Assembly (NCBI GenBank): GCA_004764695.1
Contig: SMSO01000032.1
Coordinates: 434,001-498,000 of the forward strand
Direction of reading: 5' to 3'
Source of the DNA: Schizochytrium sp. TIO01
Lineage: Eukaryota; Protista; Bigyra: Labyrinthulomycetes
DNA: 64,000 nucleotides
Shown: positions 39,125 through 48,939 of the stretch, piece by piece
Numbering within the stretch: the first letter of the stretch is position 1
How the letters are laid out: the number at the start of each line of letters is the position of its first letter
The notes under the pieces: generated by a model
Told to the model about the DNA's origin: nothing
What the model saw: only the letters and a program-made list of their open reading frames with translations
Database searches by the model: none
Translations under genes and position numbers: made by a program

Positions 39125-40411
39125 ATGTCATTCAACACCCTAGTTAGTGCTATGCGACGCGGCCCAGGTCGAGTATCTTTGGAAGAGGTAGAAGCTTCCA
39201 TTGACATTTTACAGCACCAACTGCAGGGTGCAGTTCTTTTAGCCGGAGAGCGTGAACTCTTGCACGAGAGGCTACACGAGCTCACAGCGTACCGGGATCT
39301 ATGTTATGCGTTCGTACAGGAGGAGGAACAAGGAATCAGAGTCATGCACATCTATATGCAAAAGCTTTTGCGTATGAATCGACCTTTCTCTGTAGGTTCA
39401 ATAGATGGTGTTTCGCGTGCACTAGTGTTGCGGGATCTCAGTGGAGTTGATGCAAATGGACATATGGATGAGTATGAATTTGAGAGACTTATTCACACAA
39501 ATGATGGAGATGGTCGTACAGTTATCGACGCTTTCCACATCAACGGTCGACGTATGGCTATTGTCAAGAGGCTACCGAAACGTTCTCTCCTAAATCGCCC
39601 AACACATGAACAGCAACGTGAAATCTATAAGATGCGTCAAGAGTTTGCTCTGCAGGTCATTTTAGAGCCTTACAACTCACCTAATATTCTCTGCTTCGAG
39701 AAATACTTTGAAAATCAAAACGACATCTACGCGGTGTTTCGTCGAGCTGACGAAAGCCTTTTTGACCTCGCTGTGCGTGGCATCAGCGATGTTACAATTC
39801 TGCGAAGTATTTTTCTTCAAATGGCAAGGGCTGTGCTGTTTCTCAAAGGCCTCGGTGTTGTACATCGTGACCTTAAGCTTGAAAACTTTGTTGTCTACCA
39901 CAATACGGAGGCTGGAGAGAAAGTTCTGGTTCAATTGATTGATTTTGGTCTAAGTGCAACATTACCTCCAAATGGAGGCTTTCATACTACCGAGCATCCT
40001 GTGGGAACTGTGAATTTCATGTCTCCTGAAATCTTTGTACACTCTGGGCCATATGACCCAATAGCTGCGGAGGTGTGGAGTCTTGGTATTTGTTTCTTCG
40101 CGCTTGGAGTTTTGGCTCAACCTTATGGTCAGCCTACCCTCCTCGACAATGGGTACCGTCGTCTGCATCAGCATGGAGCTGCGTACACTTTGAATCGTTA
40201 CCGGAATTCTATGAATGGCTGCATACACCATGATCCCAGACTTATCCTCATGCTGGATCGTATGCTTGTGCCTGCTGCGAGTAGACGCTTGTCAATTGAG
40301 GATGTTGTTCAGCATTTATCTGAGCCCCCTCCTACACAGCAACAAATTGACGAGATTGTACAGCAGCAGACCTCAGCTGTAGCTCAAGGTTCTAGCTCTT
40401 CGCCAAAATAA
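39125..40411 (+). CDS. Ser/Thr protein kinase, paralogue of 29512..31053
   Basis: AIVK, QEF, HRDLKLEN, DFG, FMSPE, EVWSLGICFF. First ATG at 39125. Confidence 0.92.
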   Translation: MSFNTLVSAMRRGPGRVSLEEVEASIDILQHQLQGAVLLAGERELLHERLHELTAYRDLCYAFVQEEEQGIRVMHIYMQKLLRMNRPFSVGSIDGVSRALVLRDLSGVDANGHMDEYEFERLIHTNDGDGRTVIDAFHINGRRMAIVKRLPKRSLLNRPTHEQQREIYKMRQEFALQVILEPYNSPNILCFEKYFENQNDIYAVFRRADESLFDLAVRGISDVTILRSIFLQMARAVLFLKGLGVVHRDLKLENFVVYHNTEAGEKVLVQLIDFGLSATLPPNGGFHTTEHPVGTVNFMSPEIFVHSGPYDPIAAEVWSLGICFFALGVLAQPYGQPTLLDNGYRRLHQHGAAYTLNRYRNSMNGCIHHDPRLILMLDRMLVPAASRRLSIEDVVQHLSEPPPTQQQIDEIVQQQTSAVAQGSSSSPK

Positions 40412-41429
40412 GTTCCCGTTACTTTTGACTGGCAGCGCACCTAGTTGAAAGTAATATGAAGCATATTTTGACTTGTCTTGGTGTAGATAAGGTAGGGCGC
40501 TAGCTTAAGGAATGACAGCCTTTGTGGCTCATCACTTTTGATTTTTTAAAGAAAGCAGACACTCAGCCAAAGCGAACTCTGAGCCTACGTGTTCTTCGCA
40601 TGATTCTCCTATAGCAGATGAGAGAAGAACAACTGCATGTGTTGGCATGTGCTATAGATATGTCTGGTATAATATATGCATTCATATTCTGCATTTGCTT
40701 GAAGTTGAGAGACAATTTGATACATAAAGATCTGACGCTTTAGTTTAGTCTCTATATCTTGTATGTTTTTTTTTGTTTTTTTTGAAATGATGACTAAATA
40801 TAAACTTAACAAACTTCTCCTTTAATCCTATCACGTATCCACTTTTGGCGTTATGATCATCTTTGTCTTGATCTCTTCTTTTTCTCTCTTTCTAAATCCT
40901 GACAGACTGAAGTTCATGGTGTGTGTGCTTTCAATGCCACGTTTTCAATGTACTCGATCCCATTCTTCCCATTCCTTTCTTGCCTCAAGCAGTATTTGCT
41001 AATTTGATTCTCCCATTTATAACCTACAGAGAGAAAATTCTTAATGTATTACATTAAAAACACATCCGGAAAAATGGCAATAAAATCATAATAATAAGAA
41101 GATTCAGGTGCATACACTGTCTTTTGTCTTCATATATACATATTATTCTTTTCATAACATGTTAAAAAAAATAAAAAAATAGTTCTTCTTTAAGAGTAAG
41201 CACTCGTAACGGTCATCTGCTGCTTTTACTAATATTTCCTTTTCAGAGGACCACAATAGGAATTATTACGTCAATCATTCAGGGCCAAACAAGGGAGATC
41301 GATTTGTGCAGGCCTGTAGCTACAAACCAATTGGCTCGTGCAAACGGGTTTCCTCTTCGGCAGCGCGACCAACGCTTTACTTGCGAGGGATTTGAGAGGG
41401 GTCTTGTTGAAACAGGGTGTGACTTCAGG

Positions 41430-43490
41430 ATGAGCGAGATTAAGTTCATTGTGGAGCACCTGAACCAGAAGCCGTTCAACCGCGACTTGACCCTCGTCAG
41501 CTTTGATGAACTTAGTCCGTTTGAGCTTTTGCAGCTCCTCAACGATGTCCTCGAGTACCTGGATCCCCAGCTGCACAAGGTTGACCTGCGAGAAGAAAGT
41601 CAAGCTAAGGAAGGAGCGACAGCAAACCGTATGATGGATTTTTTAAGAATTCTCAAATTCAAAGTTCCCCAAAACAATGCGGAGCGATTTAAGATTGCAC
41701 TTGGCAATGGTGATCGCTCCGCAGTGTATCATGTTCTACACTATTTACTTTCCCGTCTCGAGCCACTAAAGACACGAGCATACCTTGCTCGCTTTCTTGT
41801 CAACGTAGAAATCCCATCTGCTTTTCTTCATGATGAAGCCATCCAAGATGTATACCAACATTACAAACAACTACAGCGCGAGTTTAAGGAAACGCATAAG
41901 GCTGTGGAGTCCCTTCGTCATAACACCATGCAGCCCGGCGAGCTAAAGCGAGAAATTGCACAGCTCGAAGAAGAGAAAGGTCAATTGATCGAGAAAATTA
42001 ATAATCTCAAGCGCAAGACTGAAGATATGCCTGGATTTAAAGAACTCTATGATGTTACCAGCGCTCTTCGTAGGGAGCAAGAGGACGAGACTAAGCTATT
42101 GGATCAAGGCCGCGAGCAACAGGCTTCTCTTGAGATGTGCCAGCGAAAATTAGAAGAGCTGCGAAGACGATACGAGGAGCTTAGTGCTTCTCAGCGTGAT
42201 GATGACCCTGATGAATTGCTGAGCCGCATGGAGAGAGAAGTTCAGGAGCAGCATGACCTTTTAGAGGAAAAGATTCCGGGAGAACTCCAAGAGGCATACG
42301 ATCGCCTTGGGGATGTGGAGCGTGGCTTGAGTGAACCCATCAAAACTCAAAGTGATGTAGATGAGGTAGAAGCCCGGGTCTTGAAGACGCGTCGTGAGAT
42401 CGATTCCTTACAAGAGCAGGTAGATCGCTCCCGACGCCTGAGTGGTAGCGATGATAAGTTGAAGATGTTTCGTCAACAAGGAGCTATGATTCAGAAGAAA
42501 TTGCAACAGAAAACACGCGAACTTGAGGAGGTGCTCGACGATGTGCAGAGACTTGATAAGGAACTTGCTGACAAAGAGCGTGCACTAGCTGGAATGGCTG
42601 GATCTCAAAGCATGCGAAAGTCTGATTTCAGACAATATGCAAGTGAATTGCGTCAAAAGACCCAGGAGTATAAACGAAAGAAGCAGGAATTGTCAGCCTT
42701 GCGGGCAGAGACTGTCATTTTAGCGCGTACAGAAACAATTTTACGGTCACGCGGAGAGAACGTTGAAGAGTTTCTTAAGGCTTTAGAACGAGGCAAGGGC
42801 GTGGAAGGCGCTGCGCAAATGGAGCAGGAACTAGAAGATGTGTCCAAGAAGGCCGCGGACCTAAACAAAAACAAAAAGATGACTTTAGAGGAGATTTCGG
42901 AGATTGTTCGCCAGCTAAAGGATACTTTAGCGAAACGCAAGCAAAAGCTCACTCCTCAAATTGAGAAGCTTCGATCTGTTCGTGAGAAGTTTAAGAATCT
43001 TGAGCATGACTATCTAGATAAGAAGGCTCTCTACGATAACACTGCAGTGGGTCTTGAAAGTGAACGTATCAAGCTTGAGAATGAGTGCAATGCTCTACAA
43101 GGTGAATGCATTCGAGAAGAGTCTCGTTTCCATTATCTGCATTGCCTCACAGACATTGCTAATGTACAACTTAACCGTGTACAGGATGAGCTTGCCTTTC
43201 AGCGAGGTGAGGGACGCCTCCTTCGAGATTTTAAAGCTTACAAAGACCTGTATCATCACAAAATTCAACAACAAGAACAGCTTTCAAAGGAACTGCGAAA
43301 GAAGCAGCGTAATCTTAAGGAGAATGCCCCAGTCAACACAGAGCAGAGGCAAATGTTTGTCGATCTCAAGAGACTTCTTCAGCTCAAGGCCCGCGTCGCA
43401 CAACAGAGCCAGCGTCCTGGCTTCAGTGATAATGTTTTCGATCTCAACAATGATTCTGGTGGTGCAAACATTATGACCATTGACCAATGA
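41430..43490 (+). CDS. IFT81: Intraflagellar transport protein 81
   Basis: N-terminal CH-like MSEIKFIVEHLNQKPFN...LVSFD, KTRAYLARFLV, long coiled coils, YDNTAVGLES. ATG at 41430. Confidence 0.95.
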   Translation: MSEIKFIVEHLNQKPFNRDLTLVSFDELSPFELLQLLNDVLEYLDPQLHKVDLREESQAKEGATANRMMDFLRILKFKVPQNNAERFKIALGNGDRSAVYHVLHYLLSRLEPLKTRAYLARFLVNVEIPSAFLHDEAIQDVYQHYKQLQREFKETHKAVESLRHNTMQPGELKREIAQLEEEKGQLIEKINNLKRKTEDMPGFKELYDVTSALRREQEDETKLLDQGREQQASLEMCQRKLEELRRRYEELSASQRDDDPDELLSRMEREVQEQHDLLEEKIPGELQEAYDRLGDVERGLSEPIKTQSDVDEVEARVLKTRREIDSLQEQVDRSRRLSGSDDKLKMFRQQGAMIQKKLQQKTRELEEVLDDVQRLDKELADKERALAGMAGSQSMRKSDFRQYASELRQKTQEYKRKKQELSALRAETVILARTETILRSRGENVEEFLKALERGKGVEGAAQMEQELEDVSKKAADLNKNKKMTLEEISEIVRQLKDTLAKRKQKLTPQIEKLRSVREKFKNLEHDYLDKKALYDNTAVGLESERIKLENECNALQGECIREESRFHYLHCLTDIANVQLNRVQDELAFQRGEGRLLRDFKAYKDLYHHKIQQQEQLSKELRKKQRNLKENAPVNTEQRQMFVDLKRLLQLKARVAQQSQRPGFSDNVFDLNNDSGGANIMTIDQ

Positions 43491-44428
43491 CCAACGCTAG
43501 CGTCATCGCGTTTCGAATGGTAACACTCTGGTCCCGGAATTGAGAACCTATTCGGGTGTAATTTCTTTAGCATCTGTATGTTTTTTTCATAAACAAATTA
43601 TAATAAAGCAACTATGCACTCGTTCTTTTTTAGGGGGATTTTAGAGACCTCAAGTTGAGCAAAACCTTTGTTTTGCGTTTGAAAGATGTCCAAGGATATT
43701 CTAACTGAGTAATTGGTTTCGAAAGATAAAAACACCGACCATCGCTGGATTCGTTTGCAATACGCCACATGGGCTTGGTCTAGGGATAATAAACATCAAG
43801 TTACAGCACAGAAAGGATCGTTTGGTGCAAGTCATGTATCCATTTAGATGTGCTAAAAGGATTATTTCTCAATTCGAGCATCCTGGTCTGCATATCATAA
43901 AGAAGATCAAGGTGAGTTTGTAAAGCGTATCGTATAGCTGAAACAACGTAAGACAAATACATTGTATGGTGCGATTTATATGCACTGACTTGTATTAACT
44001 CACATGGTCTCGCATTAAAGTCGACCAAGTGAATTGACATTGAAAAACCGCAGAGCCATGAGCGCCCAACTAAATGGATAACAATAGTGTTTTGACAAGA
44101 CAAGATAATGCCGCGATCAAACCCTTCAAAACCTGCTATTCTAGTTTCGGGGTTTATCGCTTTAATTCAAAACTGATATGATGCTAAATTCAAAATACAA
44201 GAAGAAAATTAAAAGTAGTTCTCAAATTAAATTTGGTACATCACACGCGATATGAATAAAACTTCTTCACATCAATGTCACTTTCTTTGAAAATGGCAAA
44301 CTGAAACCAAGTTATTTGACACAATGTCTTTATGGTTTCTTAGAAGGAGACATCGCCCCATCGATCTAAGTCTAGATTTTCAAACCCGAGCTTGTCAAAT
44401 AAAATATTTGTGTTATAGATGCAAAACC

Positions 44429-45430
44429 TCACTTAGCGTCTACCTGAGGTGTATAACGTGCTTTTCCAAAGCGTCGTTCGAAACCAATAAATCGTAGAAC
44501 TGCTAATGTAAGCCATTCTGCAAATACAAAGACTTGAAGAGATCGAGGCATGAGTGTGGTGGGACTATGTTGGACAGGTGCAGTGACGATGGAGAGAATG
44601 AGACAGACAGGAAATGTAACACAGTAAATCCCATATCCTAAAAATGCCGGAATAAAGGTTACCAATAAAGCGCAGGGCATACCAAAACCAGCCATGAAGG
44701 GCCAGCATGACTGGAACATACGCAAACGCTTACGAAAGTCCCAGCCTTGATGTTTCCATTTAAGATCATAGCAGTAGAAAGAGGCTGTCCATGCTGTGTA
44801 GATGAGGGAAATAGGAAGTCCGATAATGGGAATAAAATATACAAGAAAAACAAATAGTGTGACCCATGCCATAAGGATATAATTGTAGATTGAATCGCGG
44901 AGATTCTCTGCCATATTCTCGCCTCCTTTGATTACGCCAAATTCGAGAAGAAACACCTGTTTCCCAATATCTAGGTTCCAAGCAGCATTGAGAACTAACG
45001 AGAGTGCATACATCGGGACCAGCCATAAAATCTGAAAGGCTTGCTCGGATGTCCAAGTGACTATATCTTGCGCAGCGCTCCAGACAGCTGGGTCTGCATC
45101 TGATCCTTCAAGCAGATCACGAAGGGTGTCGTTTAGATACTCCAATAAAGGTGTGAGCACAAAATTATACGCAAATAGGCTACCGAGAAATATTGTACCG
45201 TTCATGACGAAGCACTGCTGCGTAGAAATGCTTGTTGTTTGAATTGTGGCAATATAATGTAGAGATCGAGGCCAGTTGATTGCTGCTTTAAACCCAAGAA
45301 CGAAGGCCTCCCACGCCGTAGGCCGAATCTTCGCAGGTCTGTTTGTAGTTGTGTCGGCGGCATTGCTACTTGCAGATGCTGGCTCTGCGCTGAGCTCGTT
45401 ATTCTCTGCCGCAGGCAAAGGTGTCTCCAT
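44429..45430 (-). CDS. EI24: EI24 (etoposide-induced 2.4) family multi-pass membrane protein
   Basis: QCFVMNGTIFLGSL, LWLVPMYALSLVLNAAW, YCYDLKW, WPFMAGFG. ATG taken at 45430. Confidence 0.88.
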   Translation of the reverse strand: METPLPAAENNELSAEPASASSNAADTTTNRPAKIRPTAWEAFVLGFKAAINWPRSLHYIATIQTTSISTQQCFVMNGTIFLGSLFAYNFVLTPLLEYLNDTLRDLLEGSDADPAVWSAAQDIVTWTSEQAFQILWLVPMYALSLVLNAAWNLDIGKQVFLLEFGVIKGGENMAENLRDSIYNYILMAWVTLFVFLVYFIPIIGLPISLIYTAWTASFYCYDLKWKHQGWDFRKRLRMFQSCWPFMAGFGMPCALLVTFIPAFLGYGIYCVTFPVCLILSIVTAPVQHSPTTLMPRSLQVFVFAEWLTLAVLRFIGFERRFGKARYTPQVDAK

Positions 45431-46402
45431 CGCGAAGTAACAAAGTTGTCTTGTACAGAAAAGCACAAAGAGTAATCGCGAGTAGTCGTGCTCGCCAGCC
45501 ACAGCTCTTGGATATAGCTCGTTATATTGATTTGATGGGCTTGCTCTTGCTACGCCTAGAGTTACGACGATCGTAACGAGGCTCGCAATCTCCGAAAGAT
45601 TGGGTCTGCTCCAGAGAGAAACCAGGTTCTAGTGAGCGCAATAGAAAGTTGGGGGATTGACTTTCATCATATGTAGGCCTATGTCCAAGTGATGTCTAGG
45701 GTCACTATAACAATGCTAATTACTACTAGTGCATAGAGTATTTAGAATTCCTTTTAAAAGGTGCAACGTGGCAAGAATTAGCTGATTCAAAGCCTGCTCA
45801 TGAGCTTGATGCCAGACATTTCAAACTAGGTAGTGATTGTACTGAGGAAATGGTAGTCTAAAGAGTTCACAGACTTGAAATAGCAAAACTTTGCAGTTAC
45901 AACATCATTGCATGTGGACGAGTATCTTTTAAACTTTCAACTGGATCGATTTAGATCTGGAAGACGCAATTTAAAGGAGAAGAACAGATAGGAGACCAAA
46001 AAGTTTTAAAAATAGGCGCACAAAATTGGTTGAAGTGAAAAAAACTCAAGTAAGAGAGCAAATTACTCTTCGTGTAGAATGCGTTGACTAAATTGTGTTC
46101 CTCGATTATTATGAAGTGGTTTAATAAAAAACCGTAGTGTGCAACCAACTATAAGTAAGGAGATAATTCACCAATGATAACTCGTACAAAGGAAGCATCC
46201 AGGTTTCTCTAGATAAAACTGGCAGAAAGATGGAAACTTGATATACACGTAGACGGCTGAGAGAAATAGAATCTTCACAATCTAAAAAGTAGTTGCAATT
46301 GTGGAGCGCATGCGAGCATTTCTATACCGCTTAGCGTACTAGACTATCACTAGTACCTGGCTCTTTGTTTCAAAGCAGAAGAAGTTAAGAAATGGCAAAA
46401 AG

Positions 46403-46930
46403 TTAGAGCTTTGCAGTCTTGGCCTTTTTCTTGTCAGACTTGCTGGGCAACTTGACAAGCGAGATGGTCGTGGTACTAGTGACCAAAAGCTCACCAGTTT
46501 CCGAACCAAGTCGCAGTTCTGCGTCGAGAAATGCAATAGAGCGTCCAAACTTGACGACCTTTGCGATGCCTACAAGGTCGGTGTTGGGCGGCACAGGACG
46601 GAGGAAGGTCGTCTTTTGTTCAAGGCTAGCTACAGTGAACTTGAGCTGCGAGTAGATCACGACCATCTGGGCAGTGACAGCATCTAACATTGCCGATGCA
46701 AATCCACCTTGGATCTGTGCCTTGGGACCAGGTTTGCCATTGCACATAGCATCGGACCCACGAAACTTCATGACGAGACGTCCACTCTCGCGATCAAAGC
46801 TGATGATTTTGTCATCACCATCACCTCCGCTCAGCGTGGAGACAGAAGGATTCTTGCCCCTTCCAAAGGAGGAATTTAAAAGCTCCACGATGCGTTCATC
46901 TGAGGGTGGCGCGTCTTCAGACCCGCTCAT
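46403..46930 (-). CDS. PaaI/hotdog-fold acyl-CoA thioesterase with C-terminal PTS1 (AKL)
   Basis: MCN...IQGGFASAMLD, TFLRPV, VVKFGRSIAFLDAEL; ends KAKTAKL*. Confidence 0.88.
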   Translation of the reverse strand: MSGSEDAPPSDERIVELLNSSFGRGKNPSVSTLSGGDGDDKIISFDRESGRLVMKFRGSDAMCNGKPGPKAQIQGGFASAMLDAVTAQMVVIYSQLKFTVASLEQKTTFLRPVPPNTDLVGIAKVVKFGRSIAFLDAELRLGSETGELLVTSTTTISLVKLPSKSDKKKAKTAKL

Positions 46931-46931
46931 T

Positions 46932-47037
46932 CTGCAGAAAAGCAATCACTCAGCCAACGCGACAACTACTAAACCTTCGCCAAGTAGTGCTCGATTAAAG
47001 TCTCTCAAGTAAAACTAATGCACAGTCCTTCAGTTAC
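46932..47037 (-). other. Probable 5'-UTR intron of the thioesterase gene
   Basis: Minus strand CAG|GTAACT donor and TTTTCTGCAG acceptor one base before the ATG. Confidence 0.5.
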
Positions 47038-47344
47038 CTGAATTTCGCTTGCAGATCGTTGCAGGTTTGGCTCTGCGGATGGAGGTCTTGACTCGCTCGC
47101 TCAGTCTACCCCATTTGATGATGGAACTTGAGCTCATTAGTTGTTCTTTTGTTCTTTTAAAATTGAAATCTTAGCACTATTATCCGGGACTATATCAGTC
47201 TTACTACTAGATGATGAGAAAAAAGCCTTCATAGTTAAAGTGGTTTTGATTCCGACCAATTCTCAAGCGAGCCTGAATCATTATTGGAGACTTCAAAGGG
47301 TGGCACAAGGCTTAAGATAGAATATTTTATCCATCCTACGTTGA

Positions 47345-48634
47345 CTAGTGTGGAGAGGATACCGTAGCGTAGGGCTCACGCACGAGAAGTGTAATAGCGC
47401 AAAATAGTGCCAACGAGGTGGCAAGGATTTGGACAAATTTGACGAGGAGAATTTCGGAACTTGAGACTAAATTGTCCAGACTAGGCTCGTCCACCTTAGC
47501 TGGCATCGATCGCTGGACCTGCGCCCATTTGTACATGATGAGTTCACCGAAAGTCAGATTAGCGATTGGAACGGATTGGCCATTTTGACTCTGATCGGTG
47601 AGGAGCGATACCTTCCCTTTACTTGCGTTGTATTTTGGTACAGAAGCTTCGAAATTAGGAAAGGCGAAAAACACGAAAGAGTATCGGTCCTGTGTACTGA
47701 GAGCGACACGATGCAGAGGTGAACTAATGAGGAAGTCGGAGGTCAAGGCGAGAAAGTCGCCGACATTTACCAGGAAAAGCAAACTGTCATCATGATCACA
47801 ATCAGTATCAGAGTCTAAAACATCGGTGATGCCGGGACGAACTTTCACCCAACCATCATCTGGTGTGGAGAAGTGAAGTGAATCTAAACCTTCCTGGTCC
47901 TCGATTAAAATAAGCGTGAGGAGACCCCAATCCGTGTGCGGAGAACTGCCAGTGCATTCGATTTCTTGCTCGTGGCATCCCATGTTACGAAACTCTCCGG
48001 AGGTATTGCCGAAGTAGTGGAAAAGACGAAGTAGTGAGATGCTCTCACCTTGATCAGTGATGCCCGCAAGGTTTTCAAGACCAGGAACTTGAGATAGCGT
48101 TTCGCGAACAAATGCTTTACTTGTCGATGCAAAGAGTGAATATAGATCCTGAAGTATTTGGCGATTAGAATCTTCGCTATCAAAAGTTTTTGGCCAAAGG
48201 TTAAATCCCTGGAGGCCATTGGTAGGGTTTTCCTCGTCCATATTACCCCATGTATATCCCATAGAAAATGCCTCTTTTACCTCGCGCCGTTTGCTTCCAG
48301 ACTCGCCTCCCAAAGGAACGAAGCCGCGGATGAATCCTTGTTTAGAAATCTTTAGACTTTGTTTCTCCTCCTCAGATACGCTAAAAACATGTCGTGCGGC
48401 TTCAAAAGTACGCTGGCGAAAACCAGGAGGACCTCCATGAACTCGCACGAACGCTGCACCTACATCGTGAAGAGCTTTTTGCAAATCTTCTGAGAGCGCC
48501 TTTTTTTGGTTCACGTCTTCGCCATGAGGTCCTGGATCAAGGTACACGTTGACCGTGGGAAGCACCCTCTGTTTCAAGCCTGTGCCTGAGATAAATAGAC
48601 AAGAGAAGAGCAGAAGCAGGCTCAGCTGCATCAT
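47345..48634 (-). CDS. 2OG-Fe(II) dioxygenase (DIOX_N + 2OG-FeII_Oxy), signal peptide and C-terminal TM
   Basis: HTDWGLLT (HxD), VNVGDFL, LHRV, RYS. Hydrophobic N-terminus and C-terminal helix. Confidence 0.9.
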   Translation of the reverse strand: MMQLSLLLLFSCLFISGTGLKQRVLPTVNVYLDPGPHGEDVNQKKALSEDLQKALHDVGAAFVRVHGGPPGFRQRTFEAARHVFSVSEEEKQSLKISKQGFIRGFVPLGGESGSKRREVKEAFSMGYTWGNMDEENPTNGLQGFNLWPKTFDSEDSNRQILQDLYSLFASTSKAFVRETLSQVPGLENLAGITDQGESISLLRLFHYFGNTSGEFRNMGCHEQEIECTGSSPHTDWGLLTLILIEDQEGLDSLHFSTPDDGWVKVRPGITDVLDSDTDCDHDDSLLFLVNVGDFLALTSDFLISSPLHRVALSTQDRYSFVFFAFPNFEASVPKYNASKGKVSLLTDQSQNGQSVPIANLTFGELIMYKWAQVQRSMPAKVDEPSLDNLVSSSEILLVKFVQILATSLALFCAITLLVREPYATVSSPH

Positions 48635-48939
48635 TGTGTAGGGATCTTATCTGCCCCAAGGATGTTTAGCTTCCTTGTTTTTGAGAGTTGCAGACGTTGA
48701 TGGGTAAGTTTTCATTTTCTTCCGCTTCCTGTTCGGAAAATTGCCGTATAAAAATAATAAAGCATCTAGTACCTGGTTAACAGATACCATAATACACCTT
48801 CTTTTTTTAATCTGGACAGACAGACACATCCGGTCTTCAATTATCGAGTTCTGGTGAGTCATAGCGAGGAGTGAACTTATGCAAGCGAATACTTTATATT
48901 TTCTGTGTGTTCTTTAATTAGGCTACGAGTGTTAAGAGT

